A DNA stretch of 59,777 nucleotides from a virus (taxonomy: Duplodnaviria > Caudoviricetes), in IMG/VR virus record IMGVR_UViG_3300044825_002288, positions 1-59,777 of that record. One strand, given 5' to 3'. The position numbers were made by a program, and so were the translations under genes. Shown piece by piece: positions 28,091 through 36,235 of the stretch. A model generated the notes under the pieces. The model saw only the letters and a list, made by a program, of their open reading frames with translations, was not told the origin of the DNA and made no database searches. Position 1 is the first letter of the stretch, and every line of letters starts with the position of its first letter.

Positions 28091-28324
28091 ATGAAACTGA
28101 TCAACACTCAATCGGTTCAGATGACAATCAAGTTTCGGGGCAAACAGATTCCAAAAACCGAAACCAAATACACCTATCAGACTGATGATGGTGCGGTTCT
28201 GACCTTTATGGCATCTCCTAAAAAGGCATGGACTTGGGATCTTTATAAGGATGAGTCCAACGAAAAGGGCCTTGCCCAAAGCACAAAAATCATTGATCAA
28301 CACATTCAAAATTTGGGAGCGTAA
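28091..28324 (+). CDS. Hypothetical protein
   Basis: TAAGGAG RBS; tandem ATGs at 28085-28091. Confidence 0.65.
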   Translation: MKLINTQSVQMTIKFRGKQIPKTETKYTYQTDDGAVLTFMASPKKAWTWDLYKDESNEKGLAQSTKIIDQHIQNLGA

Positions 28325-28326
28325 TC

Positions 28327-28509
28327 ATGGCATTCAAAATTGCAACTTGCAGATCTAAAGTTCCATCAATCCTCTCCCCAACTAAGCAAGAGATTGCGGT
28401 GGGGGAAAAGATGGAGTTTTTAAAGATTTACTTTCATAACGGGGAGCATTGGCTCAAATTGAAAGATGGGAAGACTGTTCCATCGGTATTTTTTAATTTG
28501 GAGGGTTGA
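28327..28509 (+). CDS. Hypothetical protein
   Basis: GGGAG RBS; tight packing. Confidence 0.55.
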   Translation: MAFKIATCRSKVPSILSPTKQEIAVGEKMEFLKIYFHNGEHWLKLKDGKTVPSVFFNLEG

Positions 28510-28511
28510 TC

Positions 28512-28682
28512 ATGGCATGGGTACAAGTAGCCTTAGGTTGGAATGTAATTGAGTTTGTGGGCTTCACCTCAGCCAAGCAGGTGGCTTGGTTTGAGGAGAA
28601 GTTTGAGGCGCAAGATGAGGCCGAGAGGCTTAACGAAACCGCCCCTGAGGGGGTCTTTTATGGATGGGAAAAAAACAGATGA
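28512..28682 (+). CDS. Hypothetical protein, 56 aa (MAWVQVALG...; absent from the ORF track)
   Basis: GGAGG RBS; its stop overlaps the next ATG (ATGA at 28679). Confidence 0.55.
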   Translation: MAWVQVALGWNVIEFVGFTSAKQVAWFEEKFEAQDEAERLNETAPEGVFYGWEKNR

Positions 28683-28885
28683 GCAATATCATCAAAATGC
28701 ACCGTCCGGTGGAATACCACCAAGCGGCCAATATCATGGCCAATGGCCACTTAGGCGGTTTCGCTGAGTCCTTGGCCCTGACTTGGTTTAGGGCTGATCC
28801 GACCAACCGGGAAAAGATTCAGGCCACTTGGCCCGATCTATTTGTCCGGGCTTTTGAAATCTTTGAACTGAGGGATAAGAAATGA
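28679..28885 (+). CDS. Hypothetical protein
   Basis: GGFAESLA..W..AD..N..K....WPDLF motif, common in small phage proteins. Confidence 0.65.
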   Translation: MSNIIKMHRPVEYHQAANIMANGHLGGFAESLALTWFRADPTNREKIQATWPDLFVRAFEIFELRDKK

Positions 28886-29100
28886 TTCTTGCTTATTGCG
28901 ACTATCTGTCTCACATTATTCAAAAGAACCTAAAGAAGAATGATGTGGAGGGCTTTATCGATACCGTGGGTAAGGTCCAATTTGACCTAAACCCGGACGG
29001 GTCCTACCGATCGACCAAGAAGACTCTAAGCGTAGTGGATAAGCACGGGACGGCCTACACGATCACCATAGAGGAAAACCGCAATGACAACCCGGTGTAA
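28882..29100 (+). CDS. Hypothetical protein
   Basis: ATGA overlap with the upstream gene. Confidence 0.6.
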   Translation: MILAYCDYLSHIIQKNLKKNDVEGFIDTVGKVQFDLNPDGSYRSTKKTLSVVDKHGTAYTITIEENRNDNPV

Positions 29101-29194
29101 AGAGAGGAAAATGCTAACTATGGAAAAGCTCTTCAAGTAAGAGCAAATTGAAACCGAACTGAAACCGAATTGGTTTAATGAAATGTAGTCGGCA

Positions 29195-29346
29195 CCCCGG
29201 AGCCGTTAAATTCGGGGACCAATACGCATGGGTGCTACCAACAGTCGTCCGGTCCCCACCGGGGTAGTGCCCAGTCGTATGGGGCAGGGAACTAAAGAAT
29301 TCCGGCAATGTGGGGTTCGGTTGTTCGTACACAACCTGCCCCGCCA
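29195..29346 (+). ncRNA. Candidate structured RNA (tandem hairpins) in intergenic gap
   Basis: Stems CCCCGGA/TTCGGGG, ATACG..TGGGTGCTACC/GGTAGTGCCCA..CGTAT and GGGGCAGG/CCTGCCCC. Confidence 0.4.
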
Positions 29347-29370
29347 AGTCATAGATGGCAAGGAAAATAG

Positions 29371-29856
29371 TTGAGTCTGATCGTAGTCCCGATAAGCACG
29401 ACAGAGGCTAACCGATTTGTGGAGAGCTTCCACCGGCACAATAAGCCCGTGCAGGGAGCAAAGTTTTCGATCGGAGCCTCGGATGGAGATCGGTTGGTAG
29501 GGGTGGCGATTGTTGGAAACCCGGTATCGGCCACCCTGATGGACGGATATACCGTGGAAGTTACCCGGGTCTGCGTCTTGGATGACGCCCCAAAAAACAC
29601 CTGCTCTTTTTTGTATGGCCGGTGTTGGCGGGTTTGGCAGATGATGGGTGGCCGCCGAATGGTGACTTACACCCTGCAGACCGAGAGCGGCTCCAGTCTC
29701 CGCGGCGCCGGATGGAAAATAGTCGGTGAGGTCAAACCCCATGACCGATGGGCAGAGAAATCGAGGCGTGATGGAATGAGCAGGGAATGGCAACCGATCT
29801 ATGGTCAGATGAAGTTTAGGTGGGAGGCGGTGGCAGAAAAAGGGGATAGCCCTTAA
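29371..29856 (+). CDS. XF1762-family (Mom/GNAT-related) protein
   Basis: EAN.FV...HRH.KP, LVGVAIVG.PV, EVTRVC, N.CSFLYG and TYTL..ESG.SLR.AGW motifs. Confidence 0.7.
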   Translation: MSLIVVPISTTEANRFVESFHRHNKPVQGAKFSIGASDGDRLVGVAIVGNPVSATLMDGYTVEVTRVCVLDDAPKNTCSFLYGRCWRVWQMMGGRRMVTYTLQTESGSSLRGAGWKIVGEVKPHDRWAEKSRRDGMSREWQPIYGQMKFRWEAVAEKGDSP

Positions 29857-29893
29857 ACTCGCTCAATTAACCAATTCGATTGGACTAAGGGTC

Positions 29894-30457
29894 ATGCCTG
29901 AAACTCGAAAGAAACAAACTGAAACCGAATCGGAATCCAAGTCGGTTTCGGATCAAGAGCCGCCGCAAAAATTCCCCATTGGCCGCCCAACAAAATACGA
30001 TCCTAAGTTAGCCGCAGATATTTGTGTCCGTATCTCCAATGGAGAACCATTAAGGCAGATATGTATGGATGAAGGTATGCCGGTACAGAGCACGGTATAT
30101 CTTTGGCTGTCCCGCTTTTCTGAGTTTTCGGAGATGTACACAAAAGCGAGGGAAGATCAGGCAGATACTTTGGCCGATGAGATCCAAGCTATTGCTGATG
30201 ATATGCCCCTGCAGAAGGTGGATAAGGACGGTGGCACCTCATTTGACTCGGCCTATATCCAATGGATGCGCCTGCGGGTGGACGCCAGGAAGTGGGTGGC
30301 TGCCAAGCTAAAGCCGAGGAAATATGGCGATCGGGTAGAGCTGGCTGGAGATAAAGATAACCCGCTCAAAATTGAAGCATCGATCGAAGCCAAAGGATTG
30401 TTTAACAACTTGCTGACGGCTATGGAGGCCAAAAAGCAGGTAAACCAAGAAAGGTAA
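29894..30457 (+). CDS. terS: Terminase small subunit
   Basis: GRPTKY....A..IC.RI..GE.LR.IC, Y..ARE.QAD.LADEI..IAD and RLRVDARKW.AAKLKP.KYGD motifs. Confidence 0.88.
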   Translation: MPETRKKQTETESESKSVSDQEPPQKFPIGRPTKYDPKLAADICVRISNGEPLRQICMDEGMPVQSTVYLWLSRFSEFSEMYTKAREDQADTLADEIQAIADDMPLQKVDKDGGTSFDSAYIQWMRLRVDARKWVAAKLKPRKYGDRVELAGDKDNPLKIEASIEAKGLFNNLLTAMEAKKQVNQER

Positions 30458-30460
30458 ATC

Positions 30461-30976
30461 ATGTCTACACCAAGACTACCACCACCAGAACTGGCACCGG
30501 AATCAGTTAGTGATGATCAGATTCGAGCATATTTGAGCTCAAACCCAGGGCTTTCTGACAGAGACATCGCTAAGGCGATGGACCAATACGGGGTCTCGGT
30601 AAGCCAGATGGCGAGAGCTACAGGTGGAAATTTAGAAGAAATAGGAAATCGGTATCGGCAGGCGTCTGCAGCTGATGCAGCGGCAATCAGCCCGACTCCG
30701 GCCCCAAGGGTGACCGATGAGGAAAAAGTGATTGCGGGCATTGAGGGATTCCGCCCGATGGAGGTTAGGTCTCCGGAAGTTGGGATGCCGAATGAAAAGA
30801 GGATTGGAGCCTATGTTCCGCGCATCCGTGGCGGAGAACCGAGACAGCCGGAGTATTTTCTTCCGATGGCGGCTTTGGACCCCCTTTCATCTGCACGGAC
30901 AACGCTGTCTGCCTCAAGCCCGCGGGCCTATAAAAAGGGCGGGGCGGTGAAAAAGATGTCAAAGGGTAAGTGGTAA
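30461..30976 (+). CDS. Hypothetical protein inserted between terS and terL, with a C-terminal YKKGG tag
   Basis: N-terminal module homologous to the N-terminus of 9799-14667. Confidence 0.7.
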   Translation: MSTPRLPPPELAPESVSDDQIRAYLSSNPGLSDRDIAKAMDQYGVSVSQMARATGGNLEEIGNRYRQASAADAAAISPTPAPRVTDEEKVIAGIEGFRPMEVRSPEVGMPNEKRIGAYVPRIRGGEPRQPEYFLPMAALDPLSSARTTLSASSPRAYKKGGAVKKMSKGKW

Positions 30977-30980
30977 GTGC

Positions 30981-32399
30981 TTGGAAGAGATTCTTGAGAT
31001 CCTTAAAGATCCAAAGACTCAGGCCAAGTTCGACCAGCTTAAGCCTGAGGATCAGATCGCCTGGGCATGGCGGGCTAACTGGATCGCTAAGGCTCACATC
31101 TATCAGGTTGTCCCAACTGGGGACTGGTGGTCTATCTGGCTTATGTTGGCCGGCCGGGGTGCGGGCAAGACTCGAACGGCTGCAGAGCAGGTCGGTTGGT
31201 GGGCTTGGACTGAGCCGGGGACCAGATGGCTCGTTGGAGCCCCAACTTCCTCAGATGTTCGTGCCACTTGCTTTGAAGGAGACTCGGGCCTCCTATCAGT
31301 TATACCCAGTGCACTTGTGGCAGATTACAACCGCGCATTCCACGAGCTTAAATTGACCAATGGCAGCCTGATCAAGGGCATCCCAGCGTCTGAGCCTGAG
31401 CGCTTCCGGGGGCCGCAGTTTCACGGGGCGTGGTGCGATGAGCTGGCCGCCTGGGACTACCTCGATGAGGCGTGGGATCAGATCATGTTCTCCGTCCGCC
31501 TGGGCAAAAAGACCAAGATCATCTGCACGACTACCCCGCGGCCGAAGGACCTGATCATCGATCTAGTCGGCCGGGACGGGGATGATGTAATTGTCCGGAC
31601 AGCCTCAACCTACGACAACCTAGTCAACCTCTCGACTAACTTCCAAAAGCAGATCCTGCAGTACGAAGGCACCAAGATCGGCAGGCAGGAGATCTACGCC
31701 GAGATCATTGACCCCGAGGAGTCAGGGATCGTAAAGCGGGAGATGTTCAAGCTCTGGCCGGCGGAGAAAGCCTTCCCGAAGTTTGAGTACATCATCCAGT
31801 CCTACGACTGCGCCTATACCGAGAAGACGATCAACGATCCCACGGCGTGCATTACTTGGGGGGTCTTCAAGCCCTTGGACGGCGCTATGGCGGTCATGGT
31901 CATCGACTGCTGGCAGGACAGGCTTCAGTACCCGGATCTCCGCCCCAAGGTCATTGAGGAGTATGAAACCGTCTACGGGGAGGGCAAGGAGCGAAAGCGG
32001 GTGGACCTAATCCTAGTGGAAGACAAGAGCTCAGGGATCAGCCTGATCCAAGACCTGCAGCGGGCTCACCTGCCTGTCCGAGCCTACAACCCGGGGAATG
32101 CCGATAAGGTCCAGCGGCTAAACATCGTGTCCAACATCATCGCCAGGGGGCGGGTTTGGATACCGGAGAGCTCAGTCCGAAAGGGCTATGTCCGGGATTG
32201 GGCGGAGCCCTTTGTCTCCCAAATCTGCTCATTCCCGGAGTCTACGCATGATGACTTTGTGGATGCCTGCACCCAAGCGCTGCGGTTCCTTAGAGACTCG
32301 GGCTGGCTTGAGATCGATCCCCCTCGGGAGGATTACTACGATGAGGAAGATGCCATCGATGCCGGACTCAGAAAGCGGGAGAATCCGTATGCAGTCTGA
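30981..32399 (+). CDS. terL: Terminase large subunit
   Basis: AGRGAGKT Walker A, WCDE Walker B, TTTPRP, and nuclease motifs QSYDCA and HDDFVDA. Confidence 0.93.
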   Translation: MEEILEILKDPKTQAKFDQLKPEDQIAWAWRANWIAKAHIYQVVPTGDWWSIWLMLAGRGAGKTRTAAEQVGWWAWTEPGTRWLVGAPTSSDVRATCFEGDSGLLSVIPSALVADYNRAFHELKLTNGSLIKGIPASEPERFRGPQFHGAWCDELAAWDYLDEAWDQIMFSVRLGKKTKIICTTTPRPKDLIIDLVGRDGDDVIVRTASTYDNLVNLSTNFQKQILQYEGTKIGRQEIYAEIIDPEESGIVKREMFKLWPAEKAFPKFEYIIQSYDCAYTEKTINDPTACITWGVFKPLDGAMAVMVIDCWQDRLQYPDLRPKVIEEYETVYGEGKERKRVDLILVEDKSSGISLIQDLQRAHLPVRAYNPGNADKVQRLNIVSNIIARGRVWIPESSVRKGYVRDWAEPFVSQICSFPESTHDDFVDACTQALRFLRDSGWLEIDPPREDYYDEEDAIDAGLRKRENPYAV

Positions 32400-32449
32400 G
32401 TGGCGGGTAATCCAACAAGGCATGACAATCCCGTTGATGGAGGAACGCA

Positions 32450-35400
32450 ATGGGTAGGATGCAGGGTGTAAAAGAGGGCGTCGGCGCACTGAGCAGGGCC
32501 GTCAAGAGGTCTTCTAAGCCAAGAGAGGCAGAGCCGATCAGCCAGGGCGCACTGAGCTCAATCCGATCGGCGGGGCAGAATGCTTTCAAGGAGCAGGCGC
32601 CAGCCCGTGAGGCAACAGAGGCCGAGATCCAAGAGGGGCTAGCGAAGCTGCCGCCACGCTCAAAGAAGGCGGCCACAGAGTTTGGCTTGTATCACCCCGT
32701 CGGCGGTAGCCTAAAGTTATCCCGACCCGTAAGTGGGATGTATGCAACGACTGTCCCCGATCCGATGTTTAATCCACCGAAGATCGGCATCATTACCCCG
32801 GAGCAGTTGGTCAAAGAAGAGGCCGCCCTATTCCCGTTAGTTGGTGATCGTGCTGCCGCAGGGCGTTATCTGACCCATATTGGCGAAAATGAGTTAGAAA
32901 TTCCGGTAAGACTAACCGGCGGCCCCCGCTACATGGATGCTAATTACAACCCCAATGCCCCTGAAGAGTCAGCAGCTTGGGAATCTGCATCAAACCGTAT
33001 TACCGCCCTCGGTAGGCAGGCTGCTCAAGCGGGTGAAGGGGGAAGACCCGTTTACGGCGTCTATACCGCAGGATCGGCAATCAATACCGACTTCAACATC
33101 ATGGGCGCCAATGCGTTACTGCAGCAGTTGCCATTTAGCGAAATCAGTAAAAAAGCAATAAAAGAATTTGATCGGGCGATGAAAGAGGGATCAAAAACAT
33201 CTCCACCAATACCGGATTGGCCAGGCATTATGAGTCCAGAGGCTCAGGCCATGATCTTGGACAAAAGCAACGGTATCGTCCGGACTAAATTATTTGAGGT
33301 CATGGGTAAGGAAAACTTTCAGTCAATGGGTTTTCCGGATGTGGCGGCCACCCGCAAGTCAATCATTGAGCCTGAGTTATTGGATGTCCCGACCAATGAG
33401 GCAGGCTATCGAATTGCGAAGATTGACACCACGGGGCGCATTATTGAGAACCCGTTAATTCCGTCCGACTATCCGGTTGCAATGGCAGGGCAAGTGGCTG
33501 GCCGTTTAGACCTGCCAGCGGATTACAAAGATGTTTGGCAATCCTACTTTGACGCTCGACGCTTACATGGAAAGCCAGAGTCCGGAGACTATCGTTCGTT
33601 TTCCCTGTCGCATCCAATTCAATATGCAGATGATGAGTGGCTCAATCGGCTGATGGAAAGTCGTTACCAGCTCGAGCAACGGTTAAAAGAGGGCAAGGCG
33701 GAGGGCGGATTCGTAGAAAGTCCAGAAGGTATCCCGCCAATAATTACTGAGTTAGAACAAGGATTTAAAGAAGGCGGCGCTGTCCATATGCGGGACGGCG
33801 GCAACCCTGAGTTTGAGGGGTTCTTTGAGACCGGCCAAGCACCCGACTCTGTTCGTGCCTCTGATGAAATCTTGGTGGGTCGCGGAGTTCGGCGTAAGCG
33901 TCCGCAAGTCGGGGAAATCTTTGAGACCCCAGCGTATGCGGTAAAAAGCGGATTAGGAGCATTAGGGTCAGCTGCCAAAGGAGCAGCCCAGGCTACGGTT
34001 GGAACGCCAGGGGACATTGAGATGATTGGTCGTGGCATCGGCCAAGCCATCAGTCCACAAGCTGGTGAGGACAGATTAGATGCTTTCTTGCGTGGCATGG
34101 AAGCCGAGACCTATCTCCCAACAACCGAGAACATTAAGACAAAGATTGATCCATACCTAGAGCGCTTTGGCGTTCCCCCTGCGATGGGGCAGTTTGAAAC
34201 TTTGGGTGAGTTTGCTGGAATTCCGATCTCGGTCAGCGCGGTTAAGCGTGGGGCAGAGGCGGTTAAGGATGCGGTGCAGGCAATACCGCAGACCTTGGCC
34301 ACCCCACCTGTCGGGGCAATAGATCTTGGTGGCAAGCCTGAGAAACTCTCAGTCAACCAGCTGATTGCCAAACTTGAGGCCGGCGAGGACCTGACCCCGG
34401 AGCAGAGACAAAAGGCTGAGTATTCCAAGACTCAGAAGGAAAAGTACGCCCAAGCCAACATCGCCCGCCAAGCGAAAGAGCCCGCCCCGAAAGAGGAGAA
34501 GGTAAAGGTTCCCGCTAATGAGCTGGGCTTTTATTCATCGGTAGAGAAGGGTCTAGCCAACACAACCCGGACAGAGGGATCTGGCCAAGACTTTATCAAC
34601 GACATCATGAAGGCCAACCCCAGCTCAGGTGAGCTTGAGGGAACCGGCATCATTGATTGGCTAAAGACCAAAGATAAGGTGACCAAAGAGGAGGTACAGA
34701 ACTACCTTGATGGCCACAAGATTGAGATTGAAGAAACAGTCCGGGGCACGATCCTATCTCGTGAAGAAAGGCAAAAGCTAAGAGAGCTTGAGCGAGCCAT
34801 ATCAAAAGGCTGGTACGACATCCCGCAGGAGGATTTGGATTGGTATGAAGCAACGAAATTGAAGCTTCAAACATTTAAAGAGCCAAAGCATGAGCGGGAA
34901 AGTTTGATGCTTCCAGGTGGGAAAAATTATAAAGAGATTGTACTAACCTTACCAAATCAGCCGGTCAACCAATACGATCAATATGTTCGAGTACTCAATA
35001 CCAAATATGGTGAAGGGTTTGATAGAGATCTTATAGATCCATCAGAAAAACAAAAATTAACCGACCTTTGGAATAAAAGTCAGTCTCCAGAGGGCTCAAT
35101 AGATTTGACTTTCAGATCTTCTCATTTTCCGGAGAAGAATATTCTTGCTCATATGCGTATACAAGATATGACTTTGGGCGGCAAGAAGACTTTGGTCATT
35201 GAGGAAATTCAATCGGATTGGCATCAACAAGGCCGAAAGTTGGGTTATGGCCAAGGCGATGAAATGCCCGCTGATGATCCTGACTCATTGCTGATGCTTT
35301 ACAAGGATCGGATGACTCAAGATCAAATAAATTACATAAATGATTTTGATAAACGATTTACGGATGCAACTCCTGAAGGGCAAGAGAAACTTTATGATGA

Positions 35401-36223
35401 GTTTGAAGATTGGAGAAAAACTCAAAGGCTGATTGGTGGTGGTGTTCCTGATGCCCCGTTTAAGAAAGATTGGTATCAATTAGCTATCCGCCGGCTTATG
35501 AAGTACGCCGCAGACAACGACTATGACCAAATCGCCTTGGTCGGACCCGAGGAACAGATCCGCCGTGGAAGTCTTGGAACCTATGTTGATGGCCTGACCT
35601 TTGAAAAGAATAAGGACGGTTCTATCAAATTGTTAGCTGAAAAGGATCAGTCAGTAATTTTAGATAAGACCGTGAAGCCCGAAGACCTTGAGTTATATGT
35701 CGGCAAGAGCGTGGCCAAGAAGATTCTGAGCACCAAAGATGCTGATGGAACCCTATCGGGAGATGACCTGATGATCGGTGGTGAGGGGATGCGCCAGTAC
35801 TATGGCCGCACTTACCCAGACTCAATCAACCGGATCGGCAAGAAATATAACGCCAATATTGAGAAGCGGGAACACATAATCAAAGAGTTTACTTCAGGCG
35901 ATGTAGAACTTTTGCATACTGGTGAATACGATAGACATGGCAAAGGAGTAATTGCTTACGGTGTCAGAGACCCCGAAACAGACGAATATATTGCCTATGA
36001 GTATGACTTTGAGAAGGCTCTAAAAGAAGCGAATAAGAAAGCACCCAAGACCTCAATGTGGTTCATGGACTTGCCCGCAGACCTAAAGTCCGATGTAAAG
36101 ATCGGTCAGTCGTTTAAAGAAGGCGGCGTGGTCACTAAGGACAACAAACTCAGAGAATGGCACATGAGAAAAATGGCCCGCGGTGGTTTGGTTCAAAAGC
36201 TAATTGCCGCACAAAAAAAGTAA
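32450..36223 (+). CDS. Large multi-domain (polyvalent-type) protein between terL and portal
   Basis: 1257 aa; C-terminal domain with GFYS, LPGG.NY.E, SHF, IEEIQSDWHQ and PDAPFK motifs; internal and terminal xxGG tags. Confidence 0.65.
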   Translation: MGRMQGVKEGVGALSRAVKRSSKPREAEPISQGALSSIRSAGQNAFKEQAPAREATEAEIQEGLAKLPPRSKKAATEFGLYHPVGGSLKLSRPVSGMYATTVPDPMFNPPKIGIITPEQLVKEEAALFPLVGDRAAAGRYLTHIGENELEIPVRLTGGPRYMDANYNPNAPEESAAWESASNRITALGRQAAQAGEGGRPVYGVYTAGSAINTDFNIMGANALLQQLPFSEISKKAIKEFDRAMKEGSKTSPPIPDWPGIMSPEAQAMILDKSNGIVRTKLFEVMGKENFQSMGFPDVAATRKSIIEPELLDVPTNEAGYRIAKIDTTGRIIENPLIPSDYPVAMAGQVAGRLDLPADYKDVWQSYFDARRLHGKPESGDYRSFSLSHPIQYADDEWLNRLMESRYQLEQRLKEGKAEGGFVESPEGIPPIITELEQGFKEGGAVHMRDGGNPEFEGFFETGQAPDSVRASDEILVGRGVRRKRPQVGEIFETPAYAVKSGLGALGSAAKGAAQATVGTPGDIEMIGRGIGQAISPQAGEDRLDAFLRGMEAETYLPTTENIKTKIDPYLERFGVPPAMGQFETLGEFAGIPISVSAVKRGAEAVKDAVQAIPQTLATPPVGAIDLGGKPEKLSVNQLIAKLEAGEDLTPEQRQKAEYSKTQKEKYAQANIARQAKEPAPKEEKVKVPANELGFYSSVEKGLANTTRTEGSGQDFINDIMKANPSSGELEGTGIIDWLKTKDKVTKEEVQNYLDGHKIEIEETVRGTILSREERQKLRELERAISKGWYDIPQEDLDWYEATKLKLQTFKEPKHERESLMLPGGKNYKEIVLTLPNQPVNQYDQYVRVLNTKYGEGFDRDLIDPSEKQKLTDLWNKSQSPEGSIDLTFRSSHFPEKNILAHMRIQDMTLGGKKTLVIEEIQSDWHQQGRKLGYGQGDEMPADDPDSLLMLYKDRMTQDQINYINDFDKRFTDATPEGQEKLYDEFEDWRKTQRLIGGGVPDAPFKKDWYQLAIRRLMKYAADNDYDQIALVGPEEQIRRGSLGTYVDGLTFEKNKDGSIKLLAEKDQSVILDKTVKPEDLELYVGKSVAKKILSTKDADGTLSGDDLMIGGEGMRQYYGRTYPDSINRIGKKYNANIEKREHIIKEFTSGDVELLHTGEYDRHGKGVIAYGVRDPETDEYIAYEYDFEKALKEANKKAPKTSMWFMDLPADLKSDVKIGQSFKEGGVVTKDNKLREWHMRKMARGGLVQKLIAAQKK

Positions 36224-36235
36224 GGAATAGAGAAA

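Noticed and set aside
28549-28767. Track ORF MSLWASPQ...
   Set aside because: The alternative ORF 28512-28682 has an RBS and an ATGA overlap with the next gene and fits the operon better.
29195-29346. tRNA gene
   Set aside because: CCA-ended stems are present but I could not build a cloverleaf with D, anticodon and T arms; kept only as a candidate structured RNA.
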